Of a stretch of 64,000 nt of DNA, positions 20,015-30,799 are shown in pieces (the stretch's first letter is position 1; each line of letters starts with the position of its first letter). The notes beneath the pieces were generated by a model that saw only the letters and a program-made list of their open reading frames with translations, searched no databases and was not told the origin of the DNA. The stretch is from Candidatus Wolframiiraptor gerlachensis (GTDB lineage Archaea > Thermoproteota > Nitrososphaeria_A > Caldarchaeales > Wolframiiraptoraceae). Location of the stretch: NCBI GenBank assembly GCA_021323375.2, contig JAJPCT020000016.1:32001-96000 (forward strand), written 5' to 3'. The position numbers and the translations under genes were made by a program.

Positions 20015-20998
20015 ATGGCCGAGGTTTCCCGAGCTTCTTCACAGGGGGTTAGAATCTCGCTGCTGAAGCTTAGGCTCTCAATGATAGGCGTATGGGCGCT
20101 TATAACAGGCCTAGCAACGCTCATCATTACGGCCATCTTGCTTTATCTTGGGTTCCCGATAATCGGCATTTACGGGATACTTGGGTTCGTCGTCGCGTTA
20201 CATTTCTTCCAGTGGCTTATAGGCCCTTATATCGTCAACGCGATTTACCGGGTGAGGGAGCTTAGGCCCGGCGAGTATCCATGGCTGCGTGAGGCGGTTG
20301 AGAGAATCTCGGCGAGAAGCGGCTTAAAGCCTCCGAAGATCATGATAGCCGAGATAGATATACCGAATGCATTCGCCTATGGGAGCCCATTGACGGGGAA
20401 TATGGTCGCCGTTACTAGGGGCTTGTTAAGAACCCTAGAGCCGGAGGAGGTTGAGGCCGTGATAGGCCATGAGCTGGGCCACCTAAAGCACCGGGACATG
20501 GTGGTCATGATGATGATCAGCCTCATACCCGCCCTTATCTATTACATCGGATACACATTATACGTTTCCGGCTGGCTTGGTGGAGGCCGGAGCAGGGAAG
20601 GTGGTGGAAGCGGCTTCGCTATCCTGATAGGGATGTTGCTGATAGCCCTTAGCTTCATCTTCAACCTCTTCGTCTATTACATGAGTAGGCTTAGGGAGTA
20701 TTATGCGGACTCGCATGCCGCCCTCAACGTGGAGAATGGCGCCAAGAGACTCCAGAGAGGGCTCGTCAAGATAATGGCCGTATCCGGCAGAATCCCGAGA
20801 TCCATCAGGAGCAGACATGACCAGCTCAAGATGTTCTTCATCTCAGATCCAGACGTTACCATAAAGGCTTATGGCGACATCGACACGTTGATAGAGGAGA
20901 TTAAGAGGGAGAAGCCGAGTATGATCCTAGAGCTATTCAGCACCCATCCACATCCCGCGAAGAGGCTGAGGTTCTTGGATCAATTCATAACCGCGTGA
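20015..20998 (+). CDS. htpX: Zinc metalloprotease HtpX
   Basis: PNAFAYG, HELGH, SRLREYYAD, FSTHP. Confidence 0.92.
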   Translation: MAEVSRASSQGVRISLLKLRLSMIGVWALITGLATLIITAILLYLGFPIIGIYGILGFVVALHFFQWLIGPYIVNAIYRVRELRPGEYPWLREAVERISARSGLKPPKIMIAEIDIPNAFAYGSPLTGNMVAVTRGLLRTLEPEEVEAVIGHELGHLKHRDMVVMMMISLIPALIYYIGYTLYVSGWLGGGRSREGGGSGFAILIGMLLIALSFIFNLFVYYMSRLREYYADSHAALNVENGAKRLQRGLVKIMAVSGRIPRSIRSRHDQLKMFFISDPDVTIKAYGDIDTLIEEIKREKPSMILELFSTHPHPAKRLRFLDQFITA

Positions 20999-21084
20999 AA
21001 TCTTGGCGAAAAGTTTATCCCTCAACACATATTTTTCAGGCAATTGAAGAGGGGCTGGAGGCGGTTGCTGGAGGCTGGATCTGC

Positions 21085-22401
21085 GTGAGCGCTATAGAGG
21101 TTCTTGAGAGGCAGCCTCTCAGGAAGTTTCACTACGTCCTTCTAGCGATCACGAGCCTGATTTATGGCCTGACGGCGATGAATGTCATGCTTATCTCTGT
21201 CGCCCTCCCGCGAATCAGTGCTGAGTGGTCTCTCAGTACGCCAGCTGCCGGACTTCTCGCGAGCTTCGGCTATATCGGGATGTTCTTGGGCGCCCTCTCA
21301 AGCGGCTTCATAGCGGATAGAATTGGGAGAAAGCCCACGATGATAATCATGATCCTGATAGGGTCGGTGTTTACGGGGCTCTGCGGTCTCGCCCCGGGCT
21401 ACGAGATAATGGCGGCTTTTAGGCTGATAGCGGGCTTTGGGCTCGGAGGAACACTACCACTCCCGGGAGTCTACATGAGCGAGTATCCGCCGGCCAAATA
21501 TAGGGGCAGATTCGTCGGCATCGTTGAAACCGCATGGGTCTATGGAGCGATATTATCCGTCGTCTTCGGCTACATCCTGATACCGGAATATGGCTGGAGA
21601 GCCGCATTCAACGCCGCCTACATACCATTGATTCTCATACCGTTCATAGCCCTCCAAGTCCCTGAGTCGATAAGGTTCCTTGAGAGGAGAGGCCGGATAG
21701 AGGAGATCAAGAGCATATTCAAGAGATATGGGCTCGTCGAGGATGTTGAGGGGCTTTATTTAAGACCTCAGCCAATTCAGAAAATCGGAGTCAAGAGGCT
21801 GATCTCTGGCGAGTATCTGAGGAGGACGTTGATACTCTGGATGCTCTGGGCCGCCCTCGTATACACATATCACGGGATATTCATCTGGCTACCATCAATC
21901 TATGCTGAGAGGCTTGGCTTCTCCATCGTGAAGTCCCTCGAATGGGTTCTGATCGTCACCTTGGTGCAGGTTCCCGGCTACTATAGCGCCGCGCTGCTCC
22001 TAGATAAGGTTGGCAGAAAGCCCATCCTAGCCTTCTATCTAGCTGTTGCCGGCGTCGCATCCCTCTTCCTCTCAACAACCCGCGACATCAACATGATCCT
22101 TATCTATAGCTGTGTGATAAGCTTCTTTAACCTCGGCGCTTGGGCCGGGCTCTATGCCTACACGCCAGAGCTCTATCCAACAGAGCTTAGGGGGACTGGA
22201 TCCGGGGCTGCCGCGAGCATCGGGAGAGTCGCGGGCATACTGGCCCCATATCTCACTGGATACCTGATGTATATCAGTGGTGGAGAGCTTTTCTACGCCT
22301 TCCTAGTGTTCGCGCTGGTTCATCTCGTGGCCGCTGCCATAACAGGCGCCTTCGGCGAGGAGACTAAGGGCAGGAGACTTGAGGAGATCTCGAGGATCTA
22401 G
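21085..22401 (+). CDS. MFS transporter (SV2/aromatic acid:H+ symporter-like)
   Basis: ADRIGRK, SEYPPAKYRG, PES, ELYPTELRGTG, ETKGRRLE. Confidence 0.88.
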   Translation: MSAIEVLERQPLRKFHYVLLAITSLIYGLTAMNVMLISVALPRISAEWSLSTPAAGLLASFGYIGMFLGALSSGFIADRIGRKPTMIIMILIGSVFTGLCGLAPGYEIMAAFRLIAGFGLGGTLPLPGVYMSEYPPAKYRGRFVGIVETAWVYGAILSVVFGYILIPEYGWRAAFNAAYIPLILIPFIALQVPESIRFLERRGRIEEIKSIFKRYGLVEDVEGLYLRPQPIQKIGVKRLISGEYLRRTLILWMLWAALVYTYHGIFIWLPSIYAERLGFSIVKSLEWVLIVTLVQVPGYYSAALLLDKVGRKPILAFYLAVAGVASLFLSTTRDINMILIYSCVISFFNLGAWAGLYAYTPELYPTELRGTGSGAAASIGRVAGILAPYLTGYLMYISGGELFYAFLVFALVHLVAAAITGAFGEETKGRRLEEISRI

Positions 22402-23822
22402 TATGATCTCGCGACATAGACCACTGACCTGGCCTCGCCTCCGCATACCGCGCATGGGCCGAATGGCTTCTCGACTATATCATATCTCTCTCCCCTAACC
22501 TCTCCACCGACCTCGTCCTTCAGCTTCTCGGCGCACTCGATGCTCCCGCACCAGTTTATCCTCGCAATCCTCCTCTCCTTCAAGATCTTCTTTATCTCCT
22601 CCATGTTGTTGGCGTCGGAGATCACGCTGAGCATCATCCGCCTGCTCCTCTCAAGCAGGTTCGACTCTATTGCCCTCATCAGCTCATCCACTTTTCCGAC
22701 GAGCTCATCCAGCGACGCCTTAACCCTCTCCAGTGTATCTCTTCTCGCGAGGGTCACAGAGGACTCAACAACCTCCTTCGGCCCTATTTCCACCCTGACT
22801 GGGACGCCCATGAGCTCCCAATGATAGAACTTCTCACCCGGAGTAATGTCATCGCGATCATCAAGAACAGTCCTCCACCTGCCTGCCAGCATATCCCTCA
22901 CCTTGGACGCGTAGTCAAGTATCTGCTTCTCCTGCCCCTTGAATAGTATCGGGATTATCACGACCTGTGTTGGGGCAACCACGGGCGGTAGTACCAAGCC
23001 CCTATCATCCCCATGCTGGGCTATGATCGCTGCTATAACCCTGCTGAAGCCGAAGCCGTAGCATGTCTGATATGGCGTGCCCCTACTTCCATCCCTTTTC
23101 TCGAACTCTATCTCATATGCCTTTGCGAAGTTTCTCCCGAGGTTATGGATTGTGGCGACCTGATTTACCTTCCCATCGGGGTTCCATGCGTCGAATGCTA
23201 TCGAGTAAACTGCTCCAGCGAACTTGTCGAAATCCGGCCTCTTGAGTATGATGTAGCCTATGCAGAGCTTCTTCAGGACTGTCTCGTAGATCTGCATGGC
23301 CTCCCTAACCTGCTTCTCCGCCTCGGCCGCGTTCTCATGCACTGTGTGAGCCTCATTCCAGGGTATCTCCCTAACCCTATAGAGGGCTCTCGTGGCCATA
23401 GTCTCCCTACGATAGACATTCACGCTCTGATGAACCTTGAGTGGGAGATCGGCGTGGCTCCTTATCCAGAGCTTGAACATCGGATACATTATCGTCTCGG
23501 ATGTGGGCCTGATTATCAGCTTCTGCTCCCCGGAGCCCTGATCTATCACAAAGACCTCCTTCGAGAATCCCTTGATATGCTCCGCCTCCTTCCTGAATAG
23601 CTCCTCGCTGGTGACGAGGGGGAAGTACATCTTCTTGTGCCCAGTTTTCTCGAGCTCATCCTCGAGGAGCTTCTTGATCACGTCGAGCATGAAGGCCCCA
23701 TTCTCCAAGTAAACCGAGAAGCCCTTCACCGGGAACCTGTTATCAACTATCCTAGCCCTGAAGATGACGTCGTCAAACCACTCGGAGAAGTTTTCAAACT
23801 TCTTCGAAGCGGAGACGCTCAT
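22398..23822 (-). CDS. proS: Proline--tRNA ligase (archaeal type)
   Basis: RPTSET, HGDDRGLVLPP, GVPVRVEIGP, C-terminal Zn motif ending ARSY. Confidence 0.96.
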   Translation of the reverse strand: MSVSASKKFENFSEWFDDVIFRARIVDNRFPVKGFSVYLENGAFMLDVIKKLLEDELEKTGHKKMYFPLVTSEELFRKEAEHIKGFSKEVFVIDQGSGEQKLIIRPTSETIMYPMFKLWIRSHADLPLKVHQSVNVYRRETMATRALYRVREIPWNEAHTVHENAAEAEKQVREAMQIYETVLKKLCIGYIILKRPDFDKFAGAVYSIAFDAWNPDGKVNQVATIHNLGRNFAKAYEIEFEKRDGSRGTPYQTCYGFGFSRVIAAIIAQHGDDRGLVLPPVVAPTQVVIIPILFKGQEKQILDYASKVRDMLAGRWRTVLDDRDDITPGEKFYHWELMGVPVRVEIGPKEVVESSVTLARRDTLERVKASLDELVGKVDELMRAIESNLLERSRRMMLSVISDANNMEEIKKILKERRIARINWCGSIECAEKLKDEVGGEVRGERYDIVEKPFGPCAVCGGEARSVVYVARSY

Positions 23823-23889
23823 CCCGCTAAGCCGCGCCTCCCCCCGATATATAGCCTATCCACCATAAATCCCGGCCCATGGGGGCTTT

Positions 23890-24594
23890 CTAGCCCCTCC
23901 TCTCCCAGCTCTTAAGCGCCGCTTCCACCATTTCAGCTAGCAACTTTTTCGGGTCCTTTGCCTTGACATATGCGCTGGCTAGGAGGACTCCCTCGGTCCC
24001 GAGCTCTATCGCCTTGGCCACGTCATCGCCCGTCGAGATGCCCGCGCCGCAGAGTATGTGGACTGATGGATTTACCCTCTTAATCGCCTCAACGGCCCCC
24101 GTGACGACCTCAGGCTTCGCTTTCGAGACAGGTATCCCCGTCCCTATTAGCTCCGGGGGCTCAATCGCCAGCATATCCGGCCCTAGCGCCGCCCCAGCCC
24201 TAGTGGTCTCAACAGTATCTGTGCATAGCAGGGAGATCAACCCAACCTCTCTCAACCTCTCGAGAACCGCGCCAATATCCGCTAGGAGGAGCCTCTTCTC
24301 AGAATGGTTGACTATCGAGCCCACTGCTCCAGCAGCCTTAACATTCTCCGCGATTATTGAGCCTGTGTGGCTTCCGGGGCGATATGGGTCAACATGCTGG
24401 GCGAAGATCGGTATGCTGACATGCTCCACAACAGCCCTGAGATCGAGTAGCGGCGGGGCGACGATAATCGAGATACCATATTCCCTCGAGACCTCTTCAG
24501 CAATCCTAGCAAGCCTTATAGCATTCTCACCTATGGACTCGAGGTAAACCTTGAAGTTCAGTGCAATTACTGGATACTTTATCTCAACACTCAT
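23890..24594 (-). CDS. tpiA: Triosephosphate isomerase (archaeal type)
   Basis: NFK, NHSE, IEPPELIGTG, GAGI, GVLLAS. Confidence 0.95.
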   Translation of the reverse strand: MSVEIKYPVIALNFKVYLESIGENAIRLARIAEEVSREYGISIIVAPPLLDLRAVVEHVSIPIFAQHVDPYRPGSHTGSIIAENVKAAGAVGSIVNHSEKRLLLADIGAVLERLREVGLISLLCTDTVETTRAGAALGPDMLAIEPPELIGTGIPVSKAKPEVVTGAVEAIKRVNPSVHILCGAGISTGDDVAKAIELGTEGVLLASAYVKAKDPKKLLAEMVEAALKSWERRG

Positions 24595-24627
24595 ATCTTT
24601 CTTGGAGTATGAGCCTGTTGATAAGAA

Positions 24628-25533
24628 TTATCTCGTGGGCTTTGGTCGAGTTTTCTCACGCTTCCTCTCAATCACTTCTCCCCACATGAGCTTTATCTCC
24701 CCTATCAGCTCATCCACCTTGAGGGCACCCTTCTCGGTAATATAGGTGGTTATCAGCCTCGGCCGCAGGATCTCAAAATAAGGGTTCAGGCATCGGAGCT
24801 TGGCTTCCCCGACATATACCTCCTCCTCTGGATGCCTCTCTAGACCGAACCCGTAGATCGCCGCTTTCCAGAGATCCGTCACGATATTCACCGGAACCCC
24901 AGCATCCATCGCTGAGAGGGCGATCATCTTTGAGCCTATCTTGTTCGCGATCGAGCCATCATCGAGTATCGCATCACACCCCAGCACCACCGCATCAACA
25001 AGCCCCTGGTCCATAACATGTGATGCCGCCGCATCGACTATTAGTGTCACATCATGTCCCCTAGCCGCCAGCCTCTCAGCAAGCCTCCTCCCCTCATAGC
25101 CTGGCCGCGACTCAGTAATATACACGCTAATATCCCTGCAGTTTTCGAGGGCGCTGGCAACAGTTGAGCTATAACTATGGGTTAGAATGCTCCTATATCT
25201 CCTGATCATCTCGGAGGCGTTTTGCACAACGCTTCTCAGAGAGCTCTGGTACTCGTTTATGCACCTCCTCACAGCGTTCTCTATCGCTTCTCCCACGGAT
25301 TTTCCAGCCGAGACCTCCTTCTCGATTATCGAGCCAATCATGTGCGCTATGTTTGCTATCGAGGGCATGCTCGGCCTAGCTTCTGAGAGAGCCTTCACAA
25401 GCCTCCTCACGTCTTTGAGGCTCACGGGCTTCTCGAGAAGCTTCATGAAGGATACTGCGGCCCTGATCGTGAGCTGTGACGCGCCGCTCACCGAATCCTC
25501 CTTTATCTCCCTCACCAGATCCGCGATGTTCAT
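24628..25533 (-). CDS. eIF-2B alpha/beta/delta-family protein (ribose-1,5-bisphosphate isomerase-like)
   Basis: SGAS, RPSM, THSYSSTV, ESRP, NKIGS, NPYFE. Confidence 0.85.
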   Translation of the reverse strand: MNIADLVREIKEDSVSGASQLTIRAAVSFMKLLEKPVSLKDVRRLVKALSEARPSMPSIANIAHMIGSIIEKEVSAGKSVGEAIENAVRRCINEYQSSLRSVVQNASEMIRRYRSILTHSYSSTVASALENCRDISVYITESRPGYEGRRLAERLAARGHDVTLIVDAAASHVMDQGLVDAVVLGCDAILDDGSIANKIGSKMIALSAMDAGVPVNIVTDLWKAAIYGFGLERHPEEEVYVGEAKLRCLNPYFEILRPRLITTYITEKGALKVDELIGEIKLMWGEVIERKREKTRPKPTR

Positions 25534-25564
25534 CTTCCGCGAGGGCTACTGGATCACGTTATTA

Positions 25565-27007
25565 TTAAGGTGTTTGCGCCGATTCCTCGCCCAGCCGCCG
25601 CTCTTCAACCCCAGAGCCCAAGTGGATTATCTTGACCAAGTGGACGAGCTCTTCCCTCATGCCATATGTGAGGACCGCAGTTGGTTCTCTCACCCTTATC
25701 TCGCCCCTCATGATCTTCTTCTCCAGCTCGTTTAAGCCCTCCTCATAGCTCGTTGAGAACGCCTCAACGGTCTCCACGCCTCTCAGGAGCATCAGTCTTC
25801 TCAGGGTTCTCTTGCTGGGTGAGACCGCTATCACGCTCACGGACGGCCTGAAGCCCGCTATCCTCTGAGCTGTTCTACCGGAGATTGTATAGATGAGTAT
25901 CGCGGCGTTAAGGGACTCGGCCAGCGAGGCGACACCATATGCGAATCTTGTTCTAATATCCTCCCTAGGATCCACGCTCCTCCTCGGGGGAGTTATCCCG
26001 GGCTCATATCTCTCGATTATCTTGTGGAGCCACTTGACCGCCTCGACCGGATATTTGCCGACCGCCGTCTCATTCGTTAGCATCAGGACATCTACGCCCT
26101 CGGATACCGCCGCGACCACGTCCACGACCTCGCTTCTCGTCGGGACAGGGTTCTCTATCATCGAGCCGAGGAGCTGTGTAGCGATTATCACGGGCTTGCC
26201 CCTCTCAATGGACTTTCTAATGATCACGCTCTGTAGCCTTGGAACCTCCTCGAGCGGGAAATGCATGCCTAGATCCCCTCTCGCGACAAGGATCGCGTCA
26301 GCCGCATCCACTATCTCCTCTAGGTTCTTCACAGCGGCTGGAATCTCTATCTTCGCTATTATCGATGTCTGCTCCGCTCCGAGTGATAGTAGCATACCCC
26401 TCAGCATCGCCACATCATGCTCTCCCCTGACATAGCTTAACCCGATATAGTCGAACTCCTCGGTAGCTGCGAACTTCACGATCTCAACCTCCCTGCTGCT
26501 TATTGTTGGCAGGTCTAGATCCCTACCCCTTACAACCATGCTCTTCCTACTGCTTATCCTCGCATTGGTCAAGGCCTTCAAGACGACCTCTGAGGCTGAT
26601 GCTGACTCAACCTCGAATGCCGCGAGGCCATCATCCATTAATATCACATGCCCGCGTCTCAGCACCTTGAGAACAGTCTCGTTGGGAAGCGGGATAACTT
26701 TCTCATCTCCCCCACGAGCCCTATCTAGGGGGACAAGTTTCACAAATTCTCCAGACCTCACCTCTATCGGCTCATCAAGTATCCCCACGCGGACTGATGG
26801 GCCTGGCAGATCACCTATAAGAGCTAGATGTGTTGCGAGCTCGGCCTCAACCTCCCTAACGATCCTAACGGTCTCCCTCCACTCCTCGATGGACCCATGG
26901 CTAAAGTTTATCCTGAAGATCCTCGCCCCGGCTAGCGCCATCCCCCTGACGATCTCACGGCTCCTACTAGCCACGCCAACGGTTACAGCAATCTTTGTCC
27001 TGGTCAT
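25565..27007 (-). CDS. pyk: Pyruvate kinase
   Basis: RINFSHG, IIAKIE, ARGDLG, ATQ, PTRSE, ETAVG. Confidence 0.95.
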   Translation of the reverse strand: MTRTKIAVTVGVASRSREIVRGMALAGARIFRINFSHGSIEEWRETVRIVREVEAELATHLALIGDLPGPSVRVGILDEPIEVRSGEFVKLVPLDRARGGDEKVIPLPNETVLKVLRRGHVILMDDGLAAFEVESASASEVVLKALTNARISSRKSMVVRGRDLDLPTISSREVEIVKFAATEEFDYIGLSYVRGEHDVAMLRGMLLSLGAEQTSIIAKIEIPAAVKNLEEIVDAADAILVARGDLGMHFPLEEVPRLQSVIIRKSIERGKPVIIATQLLGSMIENPVPTRSEVVDVVAAVSEGVDVLMLTNETAVGKYPVEAVKWLHKIIERYEPGITPPRRSVDPREDIRTRFAYGVASLAESLNAAILIYTISGRTAQRIAGFRPSVSVIAVSPSKRTLRRLMLLRGVETVEAFSTSYEEGLNELEKKIMRGEIRVREPTAVLTYGMREELVHLVKIIHLGSGVEERRLGEESAQTP

Positions 27008-27057
27008 CCCATATCACTAGACAGGAGCTATGAGATAAGTTGTCCTCTCTAGGGGGC

Positions 27058-28122
27058 TTATAAGTATCCCTCAGCCTCGGCGAGCTCGGCATTTAGCACC
27101 GCGTTCCCAGCAGCCCCCCTGATCGTATTATGGCCCAAGACAAGGAACTTTACCCCATTTCTTAGAACCGGGTCTCTCCTAATCCTGCCGACGACCACCG
27201 ACATACCGTTACCAGCATACCTGTCCAGCCTCGGCTGAGGCCTATCCGGCTCATCCCTCACGATTATCGGCCTCTCCGGCGCGGTCGGCAGCCTGAGCTC
27301 CTGCGGCCTCCCCTTAAACCTCCTCATAGTCTCCGCGACATCCTCAGGCTCAGCCGGCTTATCCAGCTCGACGAAGATCGCCTCGAGATGCCCTTCGAGA
27401 ACATTAACTCTATGGCAGCTCGCCGAGATCTTGAAATCCGCGGGAGTGATCCTCGAGTTCTCCAGCCTGCCTAGGATCTTCAGCGCCTCCCGCTCAACCT
27501 TCTCCTCCTCATTTCTTATGTATGGTATGATGTTGTCCGTTATCGCCATAGAAGGCACCCCAGTCCAGCCCGCGCCCGAGAGAGCCTGCATCGTTGAGAC
27601 TATCACGCTCCTTATGCCATACTCATCCATGAGCGGTTTCAAGGCTATTATCATGGCATTCGACGTGCAGTTCGGGCTCGTGACTATGAAAGATCTCCAG
27701 CCCCTCTTCCTCTGCTCCCTGACAAGACCTAGGTGATCGGGATTAACCTCGCCTATCAGGATCGGGACATCCGGCTCCATCCTATAGGCACTCGTATCGC
27801 TTATCACAGGGATCCCCTCCCTCGCGAACTCAGCCTCAACCTCTCTAGCCACCTCCGATGGAAGCGCTGAGAATACTAGATCTACATCTCCCTCATGCTT
27901 AACATCCTCAAGCCGCGCCTCAACAACACGCATCCCCGCTGCCCGCTCCGGAATCTCGCCCTCAATACACCAGTGAACAACCTCAGCATACTTCTTCCCC
28001 GCAGATCTCGAGGAAGCAGCTAAGACCTCGAGCTCAAACCTCGGATGATCAGAGAGCAACTTGACAAATCTCTGACCGACCATCCCCGTAGCGCCCAGCA
28101 CAGCAACCCTCAACTTATCCAT
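27058..28122 (-). CDS. asd: Aspartate-semialdehyde dehydrogenase
   Basis: GATGMVGQ, PNC, QALSGAG, HNTIRGAAG. Confidence 0.95.
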   Translation of the reverse strand: MDKLRVAVLGATGMVGQRFVKLLSDHPRFELEVLAASSRSAGKKYAEVVHWCIEGEIPERAAGMRVVEARLEDVKHEGDVDLVFSALPSEVAREVEAEFAREGIPVISDTSAYRMEPDVPILIGEVNPDHLGLVREQRKRGWRSFIVTSPNCTSNAMIIALKPLMDEYGIRSVIVSTMQALSGAGWTGVPSMAITDNIIPYIRNEEEKVEREALKILGRLENSRITPADFKISASCHRVNVLEGHLEAIFVELDKPAEPEDVAETMRRFKGRPQELRLPTAPERPIIVRDEPDRPQPRLDRYAGNGMSVVVGRIRRDPVLRNGVKFLVLGHNTIRGAAGNAVLNAELAEAEGYL

Positions 28123-28311
28123 ATGCACTCCACCCCAACCCCATGCACCAAAACAGCCATGAATTAAAACTTTTGACATGCTCTAAGAACAATCTCCTAG
28201 ACACTTGACTCATGCCCCTTAAACTCCACATTCCATGATTACGGATAGCCCTCCAAATACTTATAAGAAGGGTTTAGGCTGGTTGTGCGAGGTGCAGTCT
28301 TAGTTTTGGGT

Positions 28312-28731
28312 ATGATTCCTCGTGATAAGCTTATCGGAATGCAGGTATACAACCCGAATGGAACATTTGTTGGGATTGTTCAGGATATTGCTCTGCCGCT
28401 TGGAGAAGGTGAGATGGGCATAGTAGTGACGACAAGGGCGCAGGCTATGGAGACGATTCCATGGAGCAAGATCTCAGCCGTTGGAGATATCATAATCCTC
28501 AAGGAGAATATTGAGATTAAGGTCCCGCCCGTGGAGATGGCCGCGCCGCAGGCCTTCCCATCACCTCAGGCACCATCAACAGAGAGCAAGGCTGGAGGAG
28601 CCTTGAAATCCATCGCCGGGGTCTTTAAGAGGGGTGGGGAGAAGCCCGCCTGCCCAACATGCGGCAAGTCATTAACATATATCGAGCAGTATAAGAGATG
28701 GTACTGCTATAACTGCGGCAAATACGTCTAG
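28312..28731 (+). CDS. PRC-barrel protein with C-terminal zinc ribbon
   Basis: LIGMQVYNPNGTFVGIVQDI...IPWSKISAVGDIIIL; CPTCG...WYCYNC. Confidence 0.8.
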   Translation: MIPRDKLIGMQVYNPNGTFVGIVQDIALPLGEGEMGIVVTTRAQAMETIPWSKISAVGDIIILKENIEIKVPPVEMAAPQAFPSPQAPSTESKAGGALKSIAGVFKRGGEKPACPTCGKSLTYIEQYKRWYCYNCGKYV

Positions 28732-28792
28732 CATTCACTCAATTAATCATTTTTGGCCGTTTTAGCTGAGCTGGCAAAATTTTGTATTTTGA

Positions 28793-30187
28793 TCAGTGTG
28801 CTATATTTAAGCCGAATGCTCTGTGTACCGCTCTTAGCGCCTTGACACCATCCTCTTCTTTGACTGCGAAGGAGATGTTGAGCTCTGATGATCCCTGTGC
28901 TATCATCTTTATGTTTATGCCCTCTGCGGCGACCGCGTTGAAGATTTTCGCGGCTACCCCGGGCTTGCCCCTCATCCCGGATCCTATGACTGCTATTACG
29001 CATATCCCCTCCTCATAGTCTATCTTTATCTCGTCCTCGGCGAACTCGCTCTTTATCGCCTTTAGCGCCTTTTTCAGGTCCTCTCTCGGCAGGGCTATCG
29101 AGATGTTTGCCTGCGATGATGCCTGTGAGACCATTATCACTTGGGCGCCTATCCTCGCGAGGAGGTCTAGGAGCTTGACATTAGTGTTCATAGCTTCTGA
29201 TGAGCCGATTCCGCTTGCGAGGATTATCGCCGCATCCCTTATCATCGTCAAAGCCTTGACGGTGTCGGACTCAGCCACTCTACTTATCAGCGTTCCCTCA
29301 GCGGATGGATTATAGAAGTTCTTCACCCTTATCGGGATATTCTCCTTGGAGGCTGGCTCGAGCGCCCCCGGGTGGATGACCTTCGCGCCGAAATATGCTA
29401 GCTCAAGAACCTCATCATAGGACATTCGCGATATCGGCCTTGCCTCTGGCACGAGCTTGGGATCCGCGGTCATCACGCCATCAACATCCTTCCAGAGGAT
29501 TATCTCGTCAACTTTGAGCGCCGCGCCTATTATTGTCGCGGTATAGTCGGATCCGCCCCTTCCCAAGGTCGTGATTACACCATCAGGAGTCGAGGCTATG
29601 AACCCTGTCACCACCGGGACTATCCCCTTCTCCAATAGGGGGCCAAGCCTCCTCCTAACCTCATGATATGTTATCCCCAGCGGCTTAGCGGATCCAAACT
29701 CGTCATTCGTGATTATGCCCGCATCCCATCCAGTGAGATACTCCGCCTTGACGCCGTGATCAACAAGCGAGCCCCAGAAGATCCTTGTCGAGAGCCTCTC
29801 GCCGAATGATAGGGCATAGTCCTTGATCCTCGGCGTGACCTCCTTTAGGTATGCGGTTATTGAGAGGAGCTTTCCGAGCTCCTCGATCTCCTGCTCAAGC
29901 TTCTCCCAAACATTTCTTCTTAGATCCTCCTTTCCTATCGCCTCCATGCAGGCATTTTTATGCCTCGCTCTAAGGCTCTCGATGAAGCTACGCACCTCGT
30001 CCTCGCGCCCCTTCTCAGCACTCCCAAGCGCCCCGAGTATCCCATCAGTTACACCGCTGAGCGCGGATACAACTGCGACAACGCGGCACCCGCGCTCGAC
30101 ATAATCCCTGACTATCTCGGCGGACCTCCTCAGAGTAGACCCGTCCTTGACACAGCTTCCGCCGAACTTCATCACGTAGCTGGCCAT
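28793..30187 (-). CDS. lysC: Aspartate kinase
   Basis: MKFGGS, TTLGRGGSDYTA, DVDG, two ACT domains. Confidence 0.95.
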   Translation of the reverse strand: MASYVMKFGGSCVKDGSTLRRSAEIVRDYVERGCRVVAVVSALSGVTDGILGALGSAEKGREDEVRSFIESLRARHKNACMEAIGKEDLRRNVWEKLEQEIEELGKLLSITAYLKEVTPRIKDYALSFGERLSTRIFWGSLVDHGVKAEYLTGWDAGIITNDEFGSAKPLGITYHEVRRRLGPLLEKGIVPVVTGFIASTPDGVITTLGRGGSDYTATIIGAALKVDEIILWKDVDGVMTADPKLVPEARPISRMSYDEVLELAYFGAKVIHPGALEPASKENIPIRVKNFYNPSAEGTLISRVAESDTVKALTMIRDAAIILASGIGSSEAMNTNVKLLDLLARIGAQVIMVSQASSQANISIALPREDLKKALKAIKSEFAEDEIKIDYEEGICVIAVIGSGMRGKPGVAAKIFNAVAAEGINIKMIAQGSSELNISFAVKEEDGVKALRAVHRAFGLNIAH

Positions 30188-30331
30188 GGCCTCCCGCCCT
30201 CCAAGGATGTCTCGCCGCTGAATTCTCTCACCAAAGGAAATTTTCCGGCTTATAGCCTTAAGCCGAGCCTGTCTCTGCAGCGCTAGCCTAATTAACGGGT
30301 TGGAGGGTAGGGGGCACGGGAGGCTGCTTGA

Positions 30332-30799
30332 ATGAGGGTTAAGCTTACTCTAGCTCTTAGTGATAGGCCCGGCGTCCTCTTGAAGGCCTTGGAACAGATC
30401 GCCTTGAATGGCGGTAATATTGTCTCGATAATTCATCGGAGGGATAGCATTACATCGGGCTATGTGCCCGTGAGCATTAACGTGGAGTTTCCTGATTCGG
30501 CGAGCCTTGAGAGGGCTAAGAAGGGAATAGAGGCCTCGGGGATACCGGTGATCGAGGCTGAGACCCTTGAGAAAGCCATTTGCACGATACTATTGATAGG
30601 TGCCGTGAAGATCGAGGATCTACTTAGAAGAGTTCATGAGCTCGGGTCTAGAGTTGCTGAGGTCTCCATGACCGGCGGCTTAACATCCCCATGCATCAAG
30701 GCGGTTATCGAGGCCCCATCCGAGAAGCTTAGCACACTTCTCGCATCCTTAGAGAGCTTTGCCGAGGAGCAGGGAGCGCTCCTGATAACCGAGTGGTGA
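30332..30799 (+). CDS. ACT-domain protein (regulator associated with homoserine dehydrogenase)
   Basis: LSDRPGVL...GGNIVSIIH; overlaps hom. Confidence 0.8.
   Translation: MRVKLTLALSDRPGVLLKALEQIALNGGNIVSIIHRRDSITSGYVPVSINVEFPDSASLERAKKGIEASGIPVIEAETLEKAICTILLIGAVKIEDLLRRVHELGSRVAEVSMTGGLTSPCIKAVIEAPSEKLSTLLASLESFAEEQGALLITEW

Noticed and set aside
23013-23600. Long antisense or alternate-frame ORFs (e.g. 23013..23600, 23963..24547, 62265..62903, 3790..4281)
   Set aside because: Shadow frames of well-supported genes with no recognisable motifs
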